From positions 1-48,866 of the forward strand of contig JAJZTZ010000002.1 of NCBI GenBank assembly GCA_021847305.1: 48,866 nt of DNA, in the 5' to 3' direction. A program made the translations under genes and the position numbers. Shown here one piece after another: positions 18,916-28,854 of this stretch. Position 1 is the first letter of the stretch; each line of letters opens with the position of its first letter. Below the pieces are notes generated by a model. It ran no database searches and was not told the DNA's origin. It saw nothing but the letters and a program-made list of their open reading frames with translations. This stretch comes from Pseudomonadota bacterium (lineage in GTDB: Bacteria; Pseudomonadota; Gammaproteobacteria; Burkholderiales; JAJZQI01).

Positions 18916-20303
18916 GCCGGATAGGCATCCAGCATTGCCTTCATGCGCGCCAGAACCCGTTCCTTGCCGATGACGAACAAAGTGGCATCGACACCCGGAG
19001 TCTGGGTTTGGCCCGTAACCATCAGACGCAGCGGCATGGCCAGCTTGGGGAATTTGAGACTGTGCTCTGCCACGGCGGCTTTAAGGGCGTCGTGAATAGC
19101 CGTTTTATCCCATTGCAGTTGCGACAGTGTGACATAAAACGCCTGCAACGGGGCCTTTACGTCTGCAGTCAGGTGCTGCGCCACGGTGTCCGCATCGGGA
19201 TGTGCCGGCACGAAGAAGCAGCGGGCTGCATCGGCGAGTTCTTCCAGGGTGTTGGCACGCTCTTTCAGCAGCTCGCACACTTCGGCCAGATCCGGACCGT
19301 CGGTCGGATCGCAGCCGTCACGGCGCAGGAAAGGCTCCACCAGCGGAGCCAGGCGCGCACCGCTGGCCTGCTTCATGTGCTGCTGGTTCAACCACAGCAG
19401 CTTTTCCGGGTTGAACTTGGCCGGTGATTTGCTGATGCCGCCAAGGTCGAACATCTGCACGAATTCGTCCATGCTGAAGAACTCGGCATCGCCGCTGGCC
19501 CAGCCAAGACGCGCCAGGTAGTTGAGCAGCGCTTCCGGCAGGTAACCGTCTTCCGGATACTGCATCACACTCACGGCGCCGTGACGCTTGGACAGGCGCT
19601 CGCCGTCTTCACCCAGAATCATGGGGACGTGGGCGTATTGCGGCAGGGTGGCGCCCAGTGCCTTGAGAATGTTGATCTGGCGCGGGGTGTTGTTGACGTG
19701 ATCGTCGCCGCGGATCACGTGGGTGATGTTCATGTCCCAGTCGTCAATGACCACGCAGAAGTTGTAGGTCGGGGTGCCGTCAGAGCGGGCAATGATCAGG
19801 TCGTCGAGCTCAGCATTCTGGAAGCTGATGCGGCCTTTGACCATGTCATCAAACGCGACTTCGCCATCCAGCGGGGTCTTGAAGCGCACCACGGGGCTGA
19901 CTCCGGTCGGCGGCGTGGCCGAGGAATCACGCCAGCGCCGGTCGTAGCGGGGCTTTTCGCCGCGGGCTTCCTGCTCGGCACGCATGGCCTCCAGCTCTTC
20001 CTTGCTGCAGTAGCAGTAATAGGCCTTGCCCTCGTCCAGCAGTTGCTGGATCACCTCTTTGTAGCGGTCCATGCGCTGCATCTGGTAGAACGGGCCTTCG
20101 TCGTAATCCAGACCCAGCCAGTTCATGCCATCAAGAATCGCTTGCACGGACTCCGGCGTGGAACGCTCCAGATCGGTATCCTCGATCCGCAGAATGAACG
20201 TGCCGCCAAATTTTCTGGCAAAAGCCCAGGAAAACAGCGCAGTACGCGCGCCGCCAATATGAAGGTAACCGGTGGGGCTGGGGGCAAAACGGGTGCGGAT
20301 CAT
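18912..20303 (-). CDS. gltX: Glutamate--tRNA ligase
   Basis: Class I aaRS HIGH motif ([14 protein letters not shown]) and KMSKS variant (RLSKRHG). 463 aa, a typical bacterial GluRS length and domain order. Confidence 0.97.
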   Translation of the reverse strand: MIRTRFAPSPTGYLHIGGARTALFSWAFARKFGGTFILRIEDTDLERSTPESVQAILDGMNWLGLDYDEGPFYQMQRMDRYKEVIQQLLDEGKAYYCYCSKEELEAMRAEQEARGEKPRYDRRWRDSSATPPTGVSPVVRFKTPLDGEVAFDDMVKGRISFQNAELDDLIIARSDGTPTYNFCVVIDDWDMNITHVIRGDDHVNNTPRQINILKALGATLPQYAHVPMILGEDGERLSKRHGAVSVMQYPEDGYLPEALLNYLARLGWASGDAEFFSMDEFVQMFDLGGISKSPAKFNPEKLLWLNQQHMKQASGARLAPLVEPFLRRDGCDPTDGPDLAEVCELLKERANTLEELADAARCFFVPAHPDADTVAQHLTADVKAPLQAFYVTLSQLQWDKTAIHDALKAAVAEHSLKFPKLAMPLRLMVTGQTQTPGVDATLFVIGKERVLARMKAMLDAYPA

Positions 20304-20377
20304 GCGAAACTCGGCAACAGGTTGGCAAAGATGCTATTTTACGACAGAGTCAAACAACAACGATAGCCGCATTGTCG

Positions 20378-22153
20378 ATGACCACACCTGTTGACCCATT
20401 GTTTCAGGCCTTTCTTGAACAGGCCCGGCTGGCAGATGAATTTCTGGCGGCGGGCCGCTTTGCCGATGCGCGTCAGCTGATAGGCGATTTGCTGCTGGTG
20501 GATCCAGCTAATGCGGTTTTGCACCTGCAACTGGGCGCCTGCTGTCACGCTCTGCTTGATTATCCGGCTGCCCGCGCGGCACTGGAACGGGCCGTAGCGC
20601 TTGATCCACTGCTGGCCGACGGCTGGGCTGATCTCGGCGCCGTGCTGCAGACTCAGCGGGCCACGGCCGAGGCGGAGGCGGCATTTCGCCGGGCCCTGCA
20701 GCTTGATCCGGGTCACCCCCAGGCACTGCTTAATCTGGGACACCTGCTGCGCGACAAGGGGCGTCTGATGGAAGCACGGCAGTGCTACAGCGCTTTACTC
20801 GAACAGGGGCACTATCCTTTGCTGGCAATACGGCTCGCGACCCTGTTGCCGGCGGTTTATGCTTCAAGCGAAGAAGCGGAATCGTGTTTTGCTAACATTC
20901 ATAACAAACTGGCTGCTCTGGAGCACCAGTCTCTCTCCAGTTGCCTGGACCCCATTGCGTGCGGCGGTGGCAACGCCTTTTATCTGGCCTATCAGGGTAG
21001 GCCGGTTGCTGCTTATCAGCGGCGCATTGCCGCACTTTATCGACGCATGTACGATCCGCCGTATAAAGTTGCCCGCAAGCCGAGCAAGGAGCAGAAGCGC
21101 CGGGTAGCTTTTGTGTCTGCCTTTTTGCGTGAACATACCATCGGCCATTTGCTGGCAGGCGTGATCAGCCGTTTGCCCCCCGACCGTTTTGATGTGTTTG
21201 TACTGTTGCTGGGAGCGCCGCCGGATGATTTAAGCCAGCAGCTGGCTGCAGGAGTACAGCATTTCGAGCATCTTCCGGGCAGCGACGTCAATGCAATTGC
21301 CGGGCGCATTGCTGCTTTGCAGCTGGATGTGCTGGTGTATGCCGATATCGGTATGGAACCGGTCAGTTACTTCCTGGCATTCAACCGGCTTGCTCCGGTG
21401 CAGGCCGTACTGTGGGGGCACCCCGTTACGACGGGAATTGATACAGTTGATTATTATGTCAGCAGCGAGGCGCAGGAAACGCCGGGCAGCGAGGCGGAGT
21501 ACAGCGAGCAACTGGTGCGCCTGCCACGTTTGCTGAGCTGGTATGAGGCGCCGCCGCAGGTGCAACGCAGCGCTCAAGATTTTGGCTTGAATGCCGATAG
21601 TTTTCTCTATGTTTGCCCGCAGAGTCTGTTCAAGTTTCACCCTGACTTTGATGTGCTGCTGCGGCAGATATTGTTGCAGGATCCGTCCGGTTATCTCGTG
21701 TTGATGCAAGGTCATCAACCGGAGTGGACGGAGCAATTACAGGCGCGTTTCAGCAACACTCTGCCGGATGTGTTCGACAGGATCGTCTGGCTGCCCAGGC
21801 TGGCATATGCAGAGTACCTTGGTTTGCTGACGTGTGCCCATGTGATGCTCGACCCGCTGTATTTCGGCGGCGGAAAAACGACGCTCGATGCCTTGTCTGT
21901 GGGTTTGCCGGTAGTGACGTTACCCGGTAGGACAATGCGTAGCCGTGGGACCGTAGCGTGTTGTGCGCAGATCGGCTGGTTTGCCGGTGTGGCTCAGTCG
22001 CCGGATGACTACGTCAAACGGGCTGTCGCCCTGGCACGCGAATTTGGGGCTACCGAGAGGCAGGCGCTGGCCGAGTTGGCACGCGGTTTGCAAAAAGACC
22101 AGTTGGCTGTAAATGCGTTCGCCGATTGGTTGAGTGCCGCTGCAGTCGGCTAA
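20378..22153 (+). CDS. TPR-repeat protein fused to a SPINDLY/OGT-like (GT41) glycosyltransferase domain, about 591 aa
   Basis: The N-terminal ~150 aa are TPR repeats. The C-terminal blocks are typical of bacterial GT41: RVAFVSAFLREHTIGHLL, WGHPVTTGIDTVDYYVSS, YSEQLVRLP, FKFHPDFD, LDPLYFGGGKTTLDALSVGLPVVTLPG. The track ORF starts at TTG 20372; the ATG at 20378 is preferred. Confidence 0.85.
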   Translation: MTTPVDPLFQAFLEQARLADEFLAAGRFADARQLIGDLLLVDPANAVLHLQLGACCHALLDYPAARAALERAVALDPLLADGWADLGAVLQTQRATAEAEAAFRRALQLDPGHPQALLNLGHLLRDKGRLMEARQCYSALLEQGHYPLLAIRLATLLPAVYASSEEAESCFANIHNKLAALEHQSLSSCLDPIACGGGNAFYLAYQGRPVAAYQRRIAALYRRMYDPPYKVARKPSKEQKRRVAFVSAFLREHTIGHLLAGVISRLPPDRFDVFVLLLGAPPDDLSQQLAAGVQHFEHLPGSDVNAIAGRIAALQLDVLVYADIGMEPVSYFLAFNRLAPVQAVLWGHPVTTGIDTVDYYVSSEAQETPGSEAEYSEQLVRLPRLLSWYEAPPQVQRSAQDFGLNADSFLYVCPQSLFKFHPDFDVLLRQILLQDPSGYLVLMQGHQPEWTEQLQARFSNTLPDVFDRIVWLPRLAYAEYLGLLTCAHVMLDPLYFGGGKTTLDALSVGLPVVTLPGRTMRSRGTVACCAQIGWFAGVAQSPDDYVKRAVALAREFGATERQALAELARGLQKDQLAVNAFADWLSAAAVG

Positions 22154-22220
22154 GATGCCTTCATGGTGTTGCGGTTGTTCTGTAACGCCATGATTGTAAA
22201 TATTAATTATAAGGACGGGG

Positions 22221-23675
22221 ATGCCAGACGGAATGACTGACGGTAATTGGCTCGAGCAGGGCATTACTGCTCACGACAGGGGAGATTTTGCCGGTGCGGT
22301 TGCCGCCTACCGGCAATTTTTGTCATTGACTCCAGGAAACGTCGACGTCCTGACCTTGCTTGGCAACGCCTTGCAGCAATCCGGCGATTACCCCGGAGCC
22401 ATTGCAGTCTATGCCGATGCGCTTACATTGCAGCCGGAAAATGCTGTGCTGCAAAACAATACCGGCGTGGCTTTGCGGCAGCAGGGCTATCTGGACGATG
22501 CGCTGGATTGCTTTCTCAATGCCATCAACCTGGCACCCTCTTATGTTGATGCCTGGTTGAATATCGGTTCAGTGTTGAATATCCAGGGGCGGTTGGAGCA
22601 TGCTGCCACGGCTTTCAACCGCGTGCTTGATCTGGAGCCGCAAAATCCCAAAGTGCATGTTGGCCTGGGCAATACCTTGTCGCGCGCAGGTTTGTTTGAT
22701 GCTGCTCTCACTTCATACGAAACGGCTTTGCTGCTTGAGCCCGGTAATACCGATGCCCGCTGGGGGCGCGGTCTGGTTAATTTGAGTCTGGGGCAATGGG
22801 ACACTGCCTGGCAGGATTACGAACTGCGTTTCCGTGTGCAGACAGCCTATCCGTTTACCTATGACAAGCCGCGCTGGCGGGGTGAAGGCTTTGCCGGCAA
22901 AACTCTGCTGATACACGATGAAATCGGTTACGGCGATGTGTTCCAGTTTTCGCGCTATTTCCCTCGTGTGAAACAGCGCGGCGGGCGGGTTTTGCTGGAA
23001 GTGAAGCCAGGTCTCAAGCATCTGTTTGAGGGTTTTCCTGGAGTCGACGAAGTGCGCGAGCGCGGCACTCAGCCGCAGTCTGAAGCCGATTTTGATCTGG
23101 TTGTGCCACTGGAAAGCCTGCCCGGCATCTTTGCCACGCGTGTTGATACGATTCCACCTGTTGTGGCTCCTGCCGTGCCCGAGTCGTTGCAGGTGGTCTG
23201 GCAGGAAAGACTGGCTGCCCTGTCCGGCCGTAAAGTCGGCATCGTCTGGGCGGGCAATCCCAACAGCGCCTTCGATGCCGAGCGTTCCATGCAACTCACG
23301 GACTTGCTGCCGCTGCTGCGCGCCGCGAGTGATTGCAGTTTTGTCAGCTTGCAGGTGGGGGCGTCCAGCGAGCAGTTGCAGCATGCTGATCTAGCCATTC
23401 TTGATGCTTCGTCATGGCTGACTGATTTTTCCGAGACAGCCGCAGCCATCCAGTCGCTGGATCTGGTGATTACGGTGGAAACCTCCGTCGCGCATCTGGC
23501 CGGCATGCTTGGCAAGCCCACTTGGGTCATGCTGGCCAAAGTGCCGGCATGGCGCTGGGGGGTAGATGGCGACGGTACGCCCTGGTATCCGAGCATGAAA
23601 CTCTATCGCCAGACTGAAAGCGGCAATTGGAGCAGCGTGCTGGATGCTGTGGCCAAAGACCTCGGAGCTATCTGA
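22221..23675 (+). CDS. TPR-repeat protein fused to a GT9-like (heptosyltransferase-fold) glycosyltransferase domain, 484 aa
   Basis: About 200 aa of TPR repeats, then the GT9-like blocks [26 protein letters not shown], and [23 protein letters not shown]...WRW. It is a paralog of 33772..35463. Confidence 0.85.
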   Translation: MPDGMTDGNWLEQGITAHDRGDFAGAVAAYRQFLSLTPGNVDVLTLLGNALQQSGDYPGAIAVYADALTLQPENAVLQNNTGVALRQQGYLDDALDCFLNAINLAPSYVDAWLNIGSVLNIQGRLEHAATAFNRVLDLEPQNPKVHVGLGNTLSRAGLFDAALTSYETALLLEPGNTDARWGRGLVNLSLGQWDTAWQDYELRFRVQTAYPFTYDKPRWRGEGFAGKTLLIHDEIGYGDVFQFSRYFPRVKQRGGRVLLEVKPGLKHLFEGFPGVDEVRERGTQPQSEADFDLVVPLESLPGIFATRVDTIPPVVAPAVPESLQVVWQERLAALSGRKVGIVWAGNPNSAFDAERSMQLTDLLPLLRAASDCSFVSLQVGASSEQLQHADLAILDASSWLTDFSETAAAIQSLDLVITVETSVAHLAGMLGKPTWVMLAKVPAWRWGVDGDGTPWYPSMKLYRQTESGNWSSVLDAVAKDLGAI

Positions 23676-24445
23676 TGAAGGCTGTCATTCTGGCCGGCGG
23701 CCTGGGTACGCGCATCAGCGAGGAATCCCACCTGAAACCGAAGCCGATGATCGAAATCGGCGGCAAGCCGATTCTCTGGCACATCATGAAATCGTACTCG
23801 CACCACGGCATCAATGATTTCATCATTTGCCTGGGTTACAAGGGCTATGTCATCAAGGAATACTTCGCCAACTATTTCCTGCACATGTCCAATGTCACGT
23901 TCGATATGGCGAACAACAAGATGGAAATCCACCAGAATTATGCCGAACCCTGGCGCGTGACGCTGGTCGATACCGGCGCTGAGACGATGACCGGCGGGCG
24001 CCTCAAGCGGGTGCAAGAGTATCTGGGTGACGAAACGTTCTGTTTTACCTATGGCGATGGCGTTTCCGATGTGAATATTTCGGAGTTGGTGCGTTTTCAC
24101 GAAGCGCATGGCAAAAAAGCCACTGTGACGGCGATTCAGCCGCCGGGTCGATACGGCGCCTTGAAGCTGGATGATTCTGCTTCGGTAATGCACTTTCAGG
24201 AAAAGCCTGCCGGGGACGGAGCCTGGATCAACGGCGGTTTCTTCGTACTGCAGCCCTCTGTCATTGACTATATTGCCGGTGATCACTCCAGTTGGGAAGG
24301 GGAGGCACTTGAACGCATTGCGGCTGAAGGCGAATTGAAAGCTTATCAGCATCGCGGATTCTGGCAGGCGATGGATACGCTACGCGACAAAACCCAGTTG
24401 GAAGAACTTTGGGCAAGGACGAACCCGCCGTGGAAGGTCTGGTAG
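23675..24445 (+). CDS. rfbF: Glucose-1-phosphate cytidylyltransferase, 256 aa
   Basis: [59 protein letters not shown]... is near-canonical RfbF/DdhA. The ATG at 23675 overlaps the upstream TGA by 1 nt. Confidence 0.92.
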   Translation: MKAVILAGGLGTRISEESHLKPKPMIEIGGKPILWHIMKSYSHHGINDFIICLGYKGYVIKEYFANYFLHMSNVTFDMANNKMEIHQNYAEPWRVTLVDTGAETMTGGRLKRVQEYLGDETFCFTYGDGVSDVNISELVRFHEAHGKKATVTAIQPPGRYGALKLDDSASVMHFQEKPAGDGAWINGGFFVLQPSVIDYIAGDHSSWEGEALERIAAEGELKAYQHRGFWQAMDTLRDKTQLEELWARTNPPWKVW

Positions 24446-24448
24446 AGC

Positions 24449-25519
24449 ATGTTCGGCGGCGTATATTCTGGTAAACGGGTACTGATTACCGGGCATACCG
24501 GCTTCAAGGGTAGCTGGCTGGCGCTATGGCTTAAAGAGCTGGGCGCGACAGTGACAGGCCTGGCGCTCGAGCCGGAAGCCGCTCCCAGTCACTGGGAAGC
24601 GCTCGGACTCGGCATTGACAGTCACATTGTCGATATCCGTGATTACCCGGCAGTGCAGCGGGTGTTTGACGCAACACAGCCAGAAATTGTGTTTCATCTT
24701 GCCGCCCAGTCTCTTGTTCGCCGCTCCTATCGCAATCCGCTGGATACCTGGTCGGCTAATGTCATGGGTACTGCCTGCCTGCTGGAAGCCTGTCGCAATA
24801 CGCCAGCTGTACGCGCAGTTGTGGTCGTTACGACGGATAAGGTGTACGACAATCAGGAATGGCCCTGGGGCTATCGGGAGAACGATCGACTCGGTGGTCA
24901 TGATCCCTACAGCGCTTCCAAGGCAGCTAGCGAACTGGTGGCTGACAGCTACCGCAAGTCTTTTTTCTCCGCTGCTAGTGCGCCCTTGCTGGCAACGGCG
25001 CGGGCCGGTAATGTCATAGGCGGCGGAGACTGGTCAGAAGACCGACTTATTCCCGATCTGGTACGCGCTGTAAACCGGTCGGTAAATCTGGAAATCCGTT
25101 CGCCCAATGCCACGCGACCATGGCAGCATGTACTCGACTGCCTGTCCGGCTATTTGCAGCTCGGACAGGGGCTGTTACAGGGCAACCCGGATCTCGCAAC
25201 AGCATGGAATTTCGGTCCTGCAGCCAGTGACAACCGCACGGTCGCGCAGATACTGGCCATGCTGACGGAGCACTGGCCTGAAGTCCGCTGGTCGCTTGCT
25301 GCCAATGCTGATCTTCACGAAGCCAGCCAGCTTTATCTCGATAGCGCCAAGGCAAAGCAGGTGCTGCGCTGGCGGCCTGTGTGGGGACTTGAAGGGGCTG
25401 TCGCTGCGACGGCAGCATGGTATCGAGCTTATGCAGTGGGTCAGATAGAGTCGCGCCAGCAGCTGGCCGACTATTTTCGCGCGGCACAGGGTGCGGGTGT
25501 GGAATGGGCCAAAACTTGA
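24449..25519 (+). CDS. rfbG: CDP-glucose 4,6-dehydratase, 356 aa
   Basis: KRVLITGHTGFKGSWLALWL..LGA.VTG (Rossmann), the catalytic YSASKA (YxxxK), and a length and C-terminus typical of RfbG/DdhB. Directly follows rfbF. Confidence 0.92.
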   Translation: MFGGVYSGKRVLITGHTGFKGSWLALWLKELGATVTGLALEPEAAPSHWEALGLGIDSHIVDIRDYPAVQRVFDATQPEIVFHLAAQSLVRRSYRNPLDTWSANVMGTACLLEACRNTPAVRAVVVVTTDKVYDNQEWPWGYRENDRLGGHDPYSASKAASELVADSYRKSFFSAASAPLLATARAGNVIGGGDWSEDRLIPDLVRAVNRSVNLEIRSPNATRPWQHVLDCLSGYLQLGQGLLQGNPDLATAWNFGPAASDNRTVAQILAMLTEHWPEVRWSLAANADLHEASQLYLDSAKAKQVLRWRPVWGLEGAVAATAAWYRAYAVGQIESRQQLADYFRAAQGAGVEWAKT

Positions 25520-26067
25520 AAATTCATGCTACCGCGATTGAAGGCGTGGTTTTAGTCGATACCCGGGTGTTAGAAGATGAGCGAGGTGCTTTTTCGCGTT
25601 TGTATTGCGAACGAGAGCTGGCATCTGTACTGAGGCAACGTCATATAGTGCAGGTCAACCGGTCGCTTACGCGAAAGTCCGGCGCTATCCGTGGCATGCA
25701 TTTCCAGCATGCGCCTCATGCTGAAATGAAGCTGATCCGCTGTCTCCGCGGGCGAGTGTGGGATGTCGCTGTGGATATTCGGGCAGGATCCCCGACATTT
25801 CTGCACTGGCATGCCGAGGAACTGACGCCTAATAACGGCAGAATGATGGTAGTGCCGGAGGGGTGCGCGCATGGTTTTCAGGTGCTGGAAGACGATAGCG
25901 AACTGCTTTATCTGCATACGGCGTTTTATGAGCCGAGCGCAGAAGCCGGCTTGCTTTTCGATGATCCCCGTCTGGCGATCAAATGGCCCTTGCCGGTAAC
26001 TGAACTTTCCCGGCGTGATCGTGAACATGCTCCCATTGCCGGTGATTTTGCGGGAATTCGCTTATGA
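25504..26067 (+). CDS. RmlC-like cupin sugar-nucleotide 3,5- (or 5-/3-) epimerase, 187 aa
   Basis: Start placed at the ATG at 25504 (MGQNLKIHATAIEGVV...), overlapping rfbG by 16 nt. RmlC-type blocks: DERG.F, RGMHFQ..PHAE.KLIRC..G.VWDVAVDIR, VPEG.AHGF..L.D....LY....Y.P..E.G...DDP.L.I.WP. Confidence 0.85.
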   Translation: MGQNLKIHATAIEGVVLVDTRVLEDERGAFSRLYCERELASVLRQRHIVQVNRSLTRKSGAIRGMHFQHAPHAEMKLIRCLRGRVWDVAVDIRAGSPTFLHWHAEELTPNNGRMMVVPEGCAHGFQVLEDDSELLYLHTAFYEPSAEAGLLFDDPRLAIKWPLPVTELSRRDREHAPIAGDFAGIRL

Positions 26068-27287
26068 AATGCCGTCACTGCGGTCAGCCGCTGGAAAATG
26101 TCTTTCTCGATCTGGGTTTTGCCCCGCCATCGAATGCCTATTTGAATGAAGCTGATCTGACTGCACCGGAACTCTATTTCCCCCTCAAACTGTATGTGTG
26201 CGACCATTGCTGGCTGGTGCAGACGATCGATTACAGTCGTGCTGACGAACTGTTCAGTCATGACTACGCCTATTTTTCCTCTGTTTCAAAAACCTGGCTT
26301 GATCATGCCGAGCGCTACAGTGTGAAGATGATCGACCGGTTCGGTCTGGGGCCGCACAGTCATGTGGTCGAAATCGCCTCCAACGACGGTTATCTGCTGA
26401 AAAATTTCGTCGCCCGGAATATTCCTTGCCTGGGTATAGAACCTACTGCCAGCACCGCACAAGCTGCGCGTGCGCTGGGAATCCCCGTGCTGCAAGAGTT
26501 TTTCGGCGAGTCTTTGGCTCATCGTCTGGCCGGCGAAGGCAGGCAAGCTGATCTGCTGGCGGGTAACAACGTGTTTGCCCATGTACCCGATATCAATGAC
26601 TTTACCCGCGGCCTGAAGGTTCTCCTAAAGCCGGGTGGGGTGGTCACGCTCGAATTTCCGCATTTGATGCGCCTGCTGGAGTTCGGTCAATTTGATACGG
26701 TTTATCACGAGCATTTTTCCTACCTGTCTCTGTATACCGTTTCACACATTTTTGCCGAAGCGGGTTTGCGCGTTTGGCTGGTCGAAGAGCTGCCGACACA
26801 TGGCGGCAGTCTGCGAGTGTATGGCTGCCATGACGAGGATGCTCGGGCTGAAGATGAATCGGTGGCGCGCATTCTGGCTGAAGAAGAACACCGCAGAATG
26901 CGCGATTTGGCTTTGTATCTTGCCTTTCAGGCGACGGCAAACCGCATCAAGGACGATTTGCTGACGTTTCTGCTTGAGCAGAAACGCGCAGGGAAACGGG
27001 TCATGGCCTATGGTGCAGCAGCTAAGGGCAACACGCTGCTCAACTATGCCGGTGTGAAACCGGATCTGCTGGCTGGCGTGTATGACGCCGCTCCGTCGAA
27101 GCAGGGCAAGTTCATGCCCGGCAGCCATATCCCCATTTTGGATCCGCAACGCATTATTGAAGACAGGCCTGATTACCTGCTCATTCTGCCCTGGAATATT
27201 GCCGCAGAAGTACGGACACAGCAGGCAGTTATTACTTCATGGGGTGGACATTTCGCGGTGGCGGTACCGTCATTGGAGGTGAGTTGA
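26064..27287 (+). CDS. SAM-dependent NDP-hexose C-methyltransferase (TylC3/TcaB9-like), 407 aa
   Basis: N-terminal four-Cys motif (CRHCG...CDHC), a class I SAM fold (VVEIASNDGYLL), and the family-typical EHFSYLSL...GGSLRVY and C-terminal YGAAAKGNTLLNY...PGSHIPI blocks. ATGA overlap with the epimerase gene. Confidence 0.8.
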   Translation: MKCRHCGQPLENVFLDLGFAPPSNAYLNEADLTAPELYFPLKLYVCDHCWLVQTIDYSRADELFSHDYAYFSSVSKTWLDHAERYSVKMIDRFGLGPHSHVVEIASNDGYLLKNFVARNIPCLGIEPTASTAQAARALGIPVLQEFFGESLAHRLAGEGRQADLLAGNNVFAHVPDINDFTRGLKVLLKPGGVVTLEFPHLMRLLEFGQFDTVYHEHFSYLSLYTVSHIFAEAGLRVWLVEELPTHGGSLRVYGCHDEDARAEDESVARILAEEEHRRMRDLALYLAFQATANRIKDDLLTFLLEQKRAGKRVMAYGAAAKGNTLLNYAGVKPDLLAGVYDAAPSKQGKFMPGSHIPILDPQRIIEDRPDYLLILPWNIAAEVRTQQAVITSWGGHFAVAVPSLEVS

Positions 27288-28156
27288 TGCGGATTGCCGT
27301 GACCGGAGCCAACGGATTTATCGGTAAACACGTGGTGGCGCAGTTGCTGGAGCGTGGATGTGAGGTTGTTGCTTTGTTGCGGGAACCCGCCAGGCGGCCC
27401 GAAACATGGTCTGGACGGGTAGAGATTGTGCCATTTGATCTCGGCGAAGCGAGTGTCGGGATGTATGACCGGCTGCAGCGCCCTGATGTGCTTATTCACT
27501 TGGCTTGGGGTGGTTTGCCCAACTACCGTTCGTTGCAGCATTTTGAAGTTGAGTTGCCCCGCCAGTACCAATTCCTATCGACGCTTGTGCGCGAGGGGCT
27601 GCCGGCGATGCTGGTTGCCGGGACTTGTTTCGAGTACGGCATGCAAGCCGGTATGCTGCGTCCGTCCATGCCGTCCATGCCGACTAACCCCTATGGCTAC
27701 GCTAAAGATGCATTGCGGCGACAATTGCAAATGCTGCAAATCGAGCAAAGTTTTAATCTGATTTGGGGACGAGTATTTTACCTGTATGGTGAAGGGCAAT
27801 CGCCCACATCACTTTATCCCAAACTGGAAGCCGCTGTCGCAGCGGGTGCCAGCGTATTCGATATGTCCGGCGGTGAACAGCTAAGAGACTATCTGCCTGT
27901 CGCCGAGGTTGCCAGGCGAATTGTCGTGATGGCTCTGTCCGGCCGAAATCTGGGAGTGCAGAATATCTGTTCGGGCCAGCCTATTTCCGTGCGCCGATTG
28001 GTTGAGACATGGATCGAGGCAAACAATTGGACTATCCGGCTCAATCTGGGTGCATTTCCGTACCCGGACTACGAACCCATGGCATTCTGGGGCGAGGATT
28101 CATTTTCGCTGCTGCGGCTTGAACAGGCGAAAGTGGCCGCTGAAGGGGTTGCATGA
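27287..28156 (+). CDS. NAD(P)-dependent SDR epimerase/reductase (probable sugar 4-ketoreductase), 289 aa
   Basis: MRIAVTGANGFIGKHVV Rossmann motif and the YGYAK catalytic YxxxK. The ATG at 27287 overlaps the upstream TGA by 1 nt. Confidence 0.85.
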   Translation: MRIAVTGANGFIGKHVVAQLLERGCEVVALLREPARRPETWSGRVEIVPFDLGEASVGMYDRLQRPDVLIHLAWGGLPNYRSLQHFEVELPRQYQFLSTLVREGLPAMLVAGTCFEYGMQAGMLRPSMPSMPTNPYGYAKDALRRQLQMLQIEQSFNLIWGRVFYLYGEGQSPTSLYPKLEAAVAAGASVFDMSGGEQLRDYLPVAEVARRIVVMALSGRNLGVQNICSGQPISVRRLVETWIEANNWTIRLNLGAFPYPDYEPMAFWGEDSFSLLRLEQAKVAAEGVA

Positions 28157-28812
28157 GCGAAGTAAAATTGCGCGCAGGTTCGGTGAGTCAGTTGGCTGAT
28201 TATGTGATTCGTCAGCTCGATCATCTGTTTCCGGTTGAGCCGAATGGTGCTGAACTGTTGCAATTGCATGTGCCCGGAGCTCTGCAGCGTATCCGGCCGA
28301 TTCTTTCAGCTTGTCGGGCGTTTCGGCAGGACGAGTTCGATCATTTTAACTCCATGCAATATGCCACTTTCGTGTACTTGCTTGCCAACGAATTGTGGGT
28401 ACACGGTCTGGACCAGGAACAGTTTGCTCTGTGCGAGAGACTGTTCCTGCTTAATAAGGCGTTGGCCGGGCTGGATATGTATTACAAAATTGACATGCCT
28501 GAAGTTTTTTTTCTCTCGCATGGCAGCGGTTCGGTACTGGCCAATACTGTCTACGGCAACAAGCTCGTACTCTTCCACAACGTGACGGTCGGCCGCTATG
28601 GCGCAAGTCGGCCGACCATCGGGCAGCGGGTTATTTTATTTCCCAATTCAATTGTTGCCGGTAATTCCGTTATCGGGGATGGGGCGGTAATTTCCGCTGG
28701 AGTCTCTGTTATCAACCAGACGGTACCGGATGAATGTCTGGTATTTGCCGGTCCTCAGGGATTGGTGTTCAAACCCAAGAAAAAAAACTACGAGTCAGAG
28801 TTTTTCCGATGA
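28153..28812 (+). CDS. Left-handed beta-helix (hexapeptide-repeat) acyl/acetyltransferase, serine-acetyltransferase-like, 219 aa
   Basis: Helical N-terminal half, then hexapeptide repeats (VTVGRYG...IGQRVILFPNSIVAGNSVIGDGAVISAGVSVINQTVPDECLVFAG). ATGA overlap with the reductase gene. Confidence 0.8.
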   Translation: MSEVKLRAGSVSQLADYVIRQLDHLFPVEPNGAELLQLHVPGALQRIRPILSACRAFRQDEFDHFNSMQYATFVYLLANELWVHGLDQEQFALCERLFLLNKALAGLDMYYKIDMPEVFFLSHGSGSVLANTVYGNKLVLFHNVTVGRYGASRPTIGQRVILFPNSIVAGNSVIGDGAVISAGVSVINQTVPDECLVFAGPQGLVFKPKKKNYESEFFR

Positions 28813-28854
28813 GATTGCTGCGTCGGCAATGCCAATTTAGAAAGTACTGAGTAC

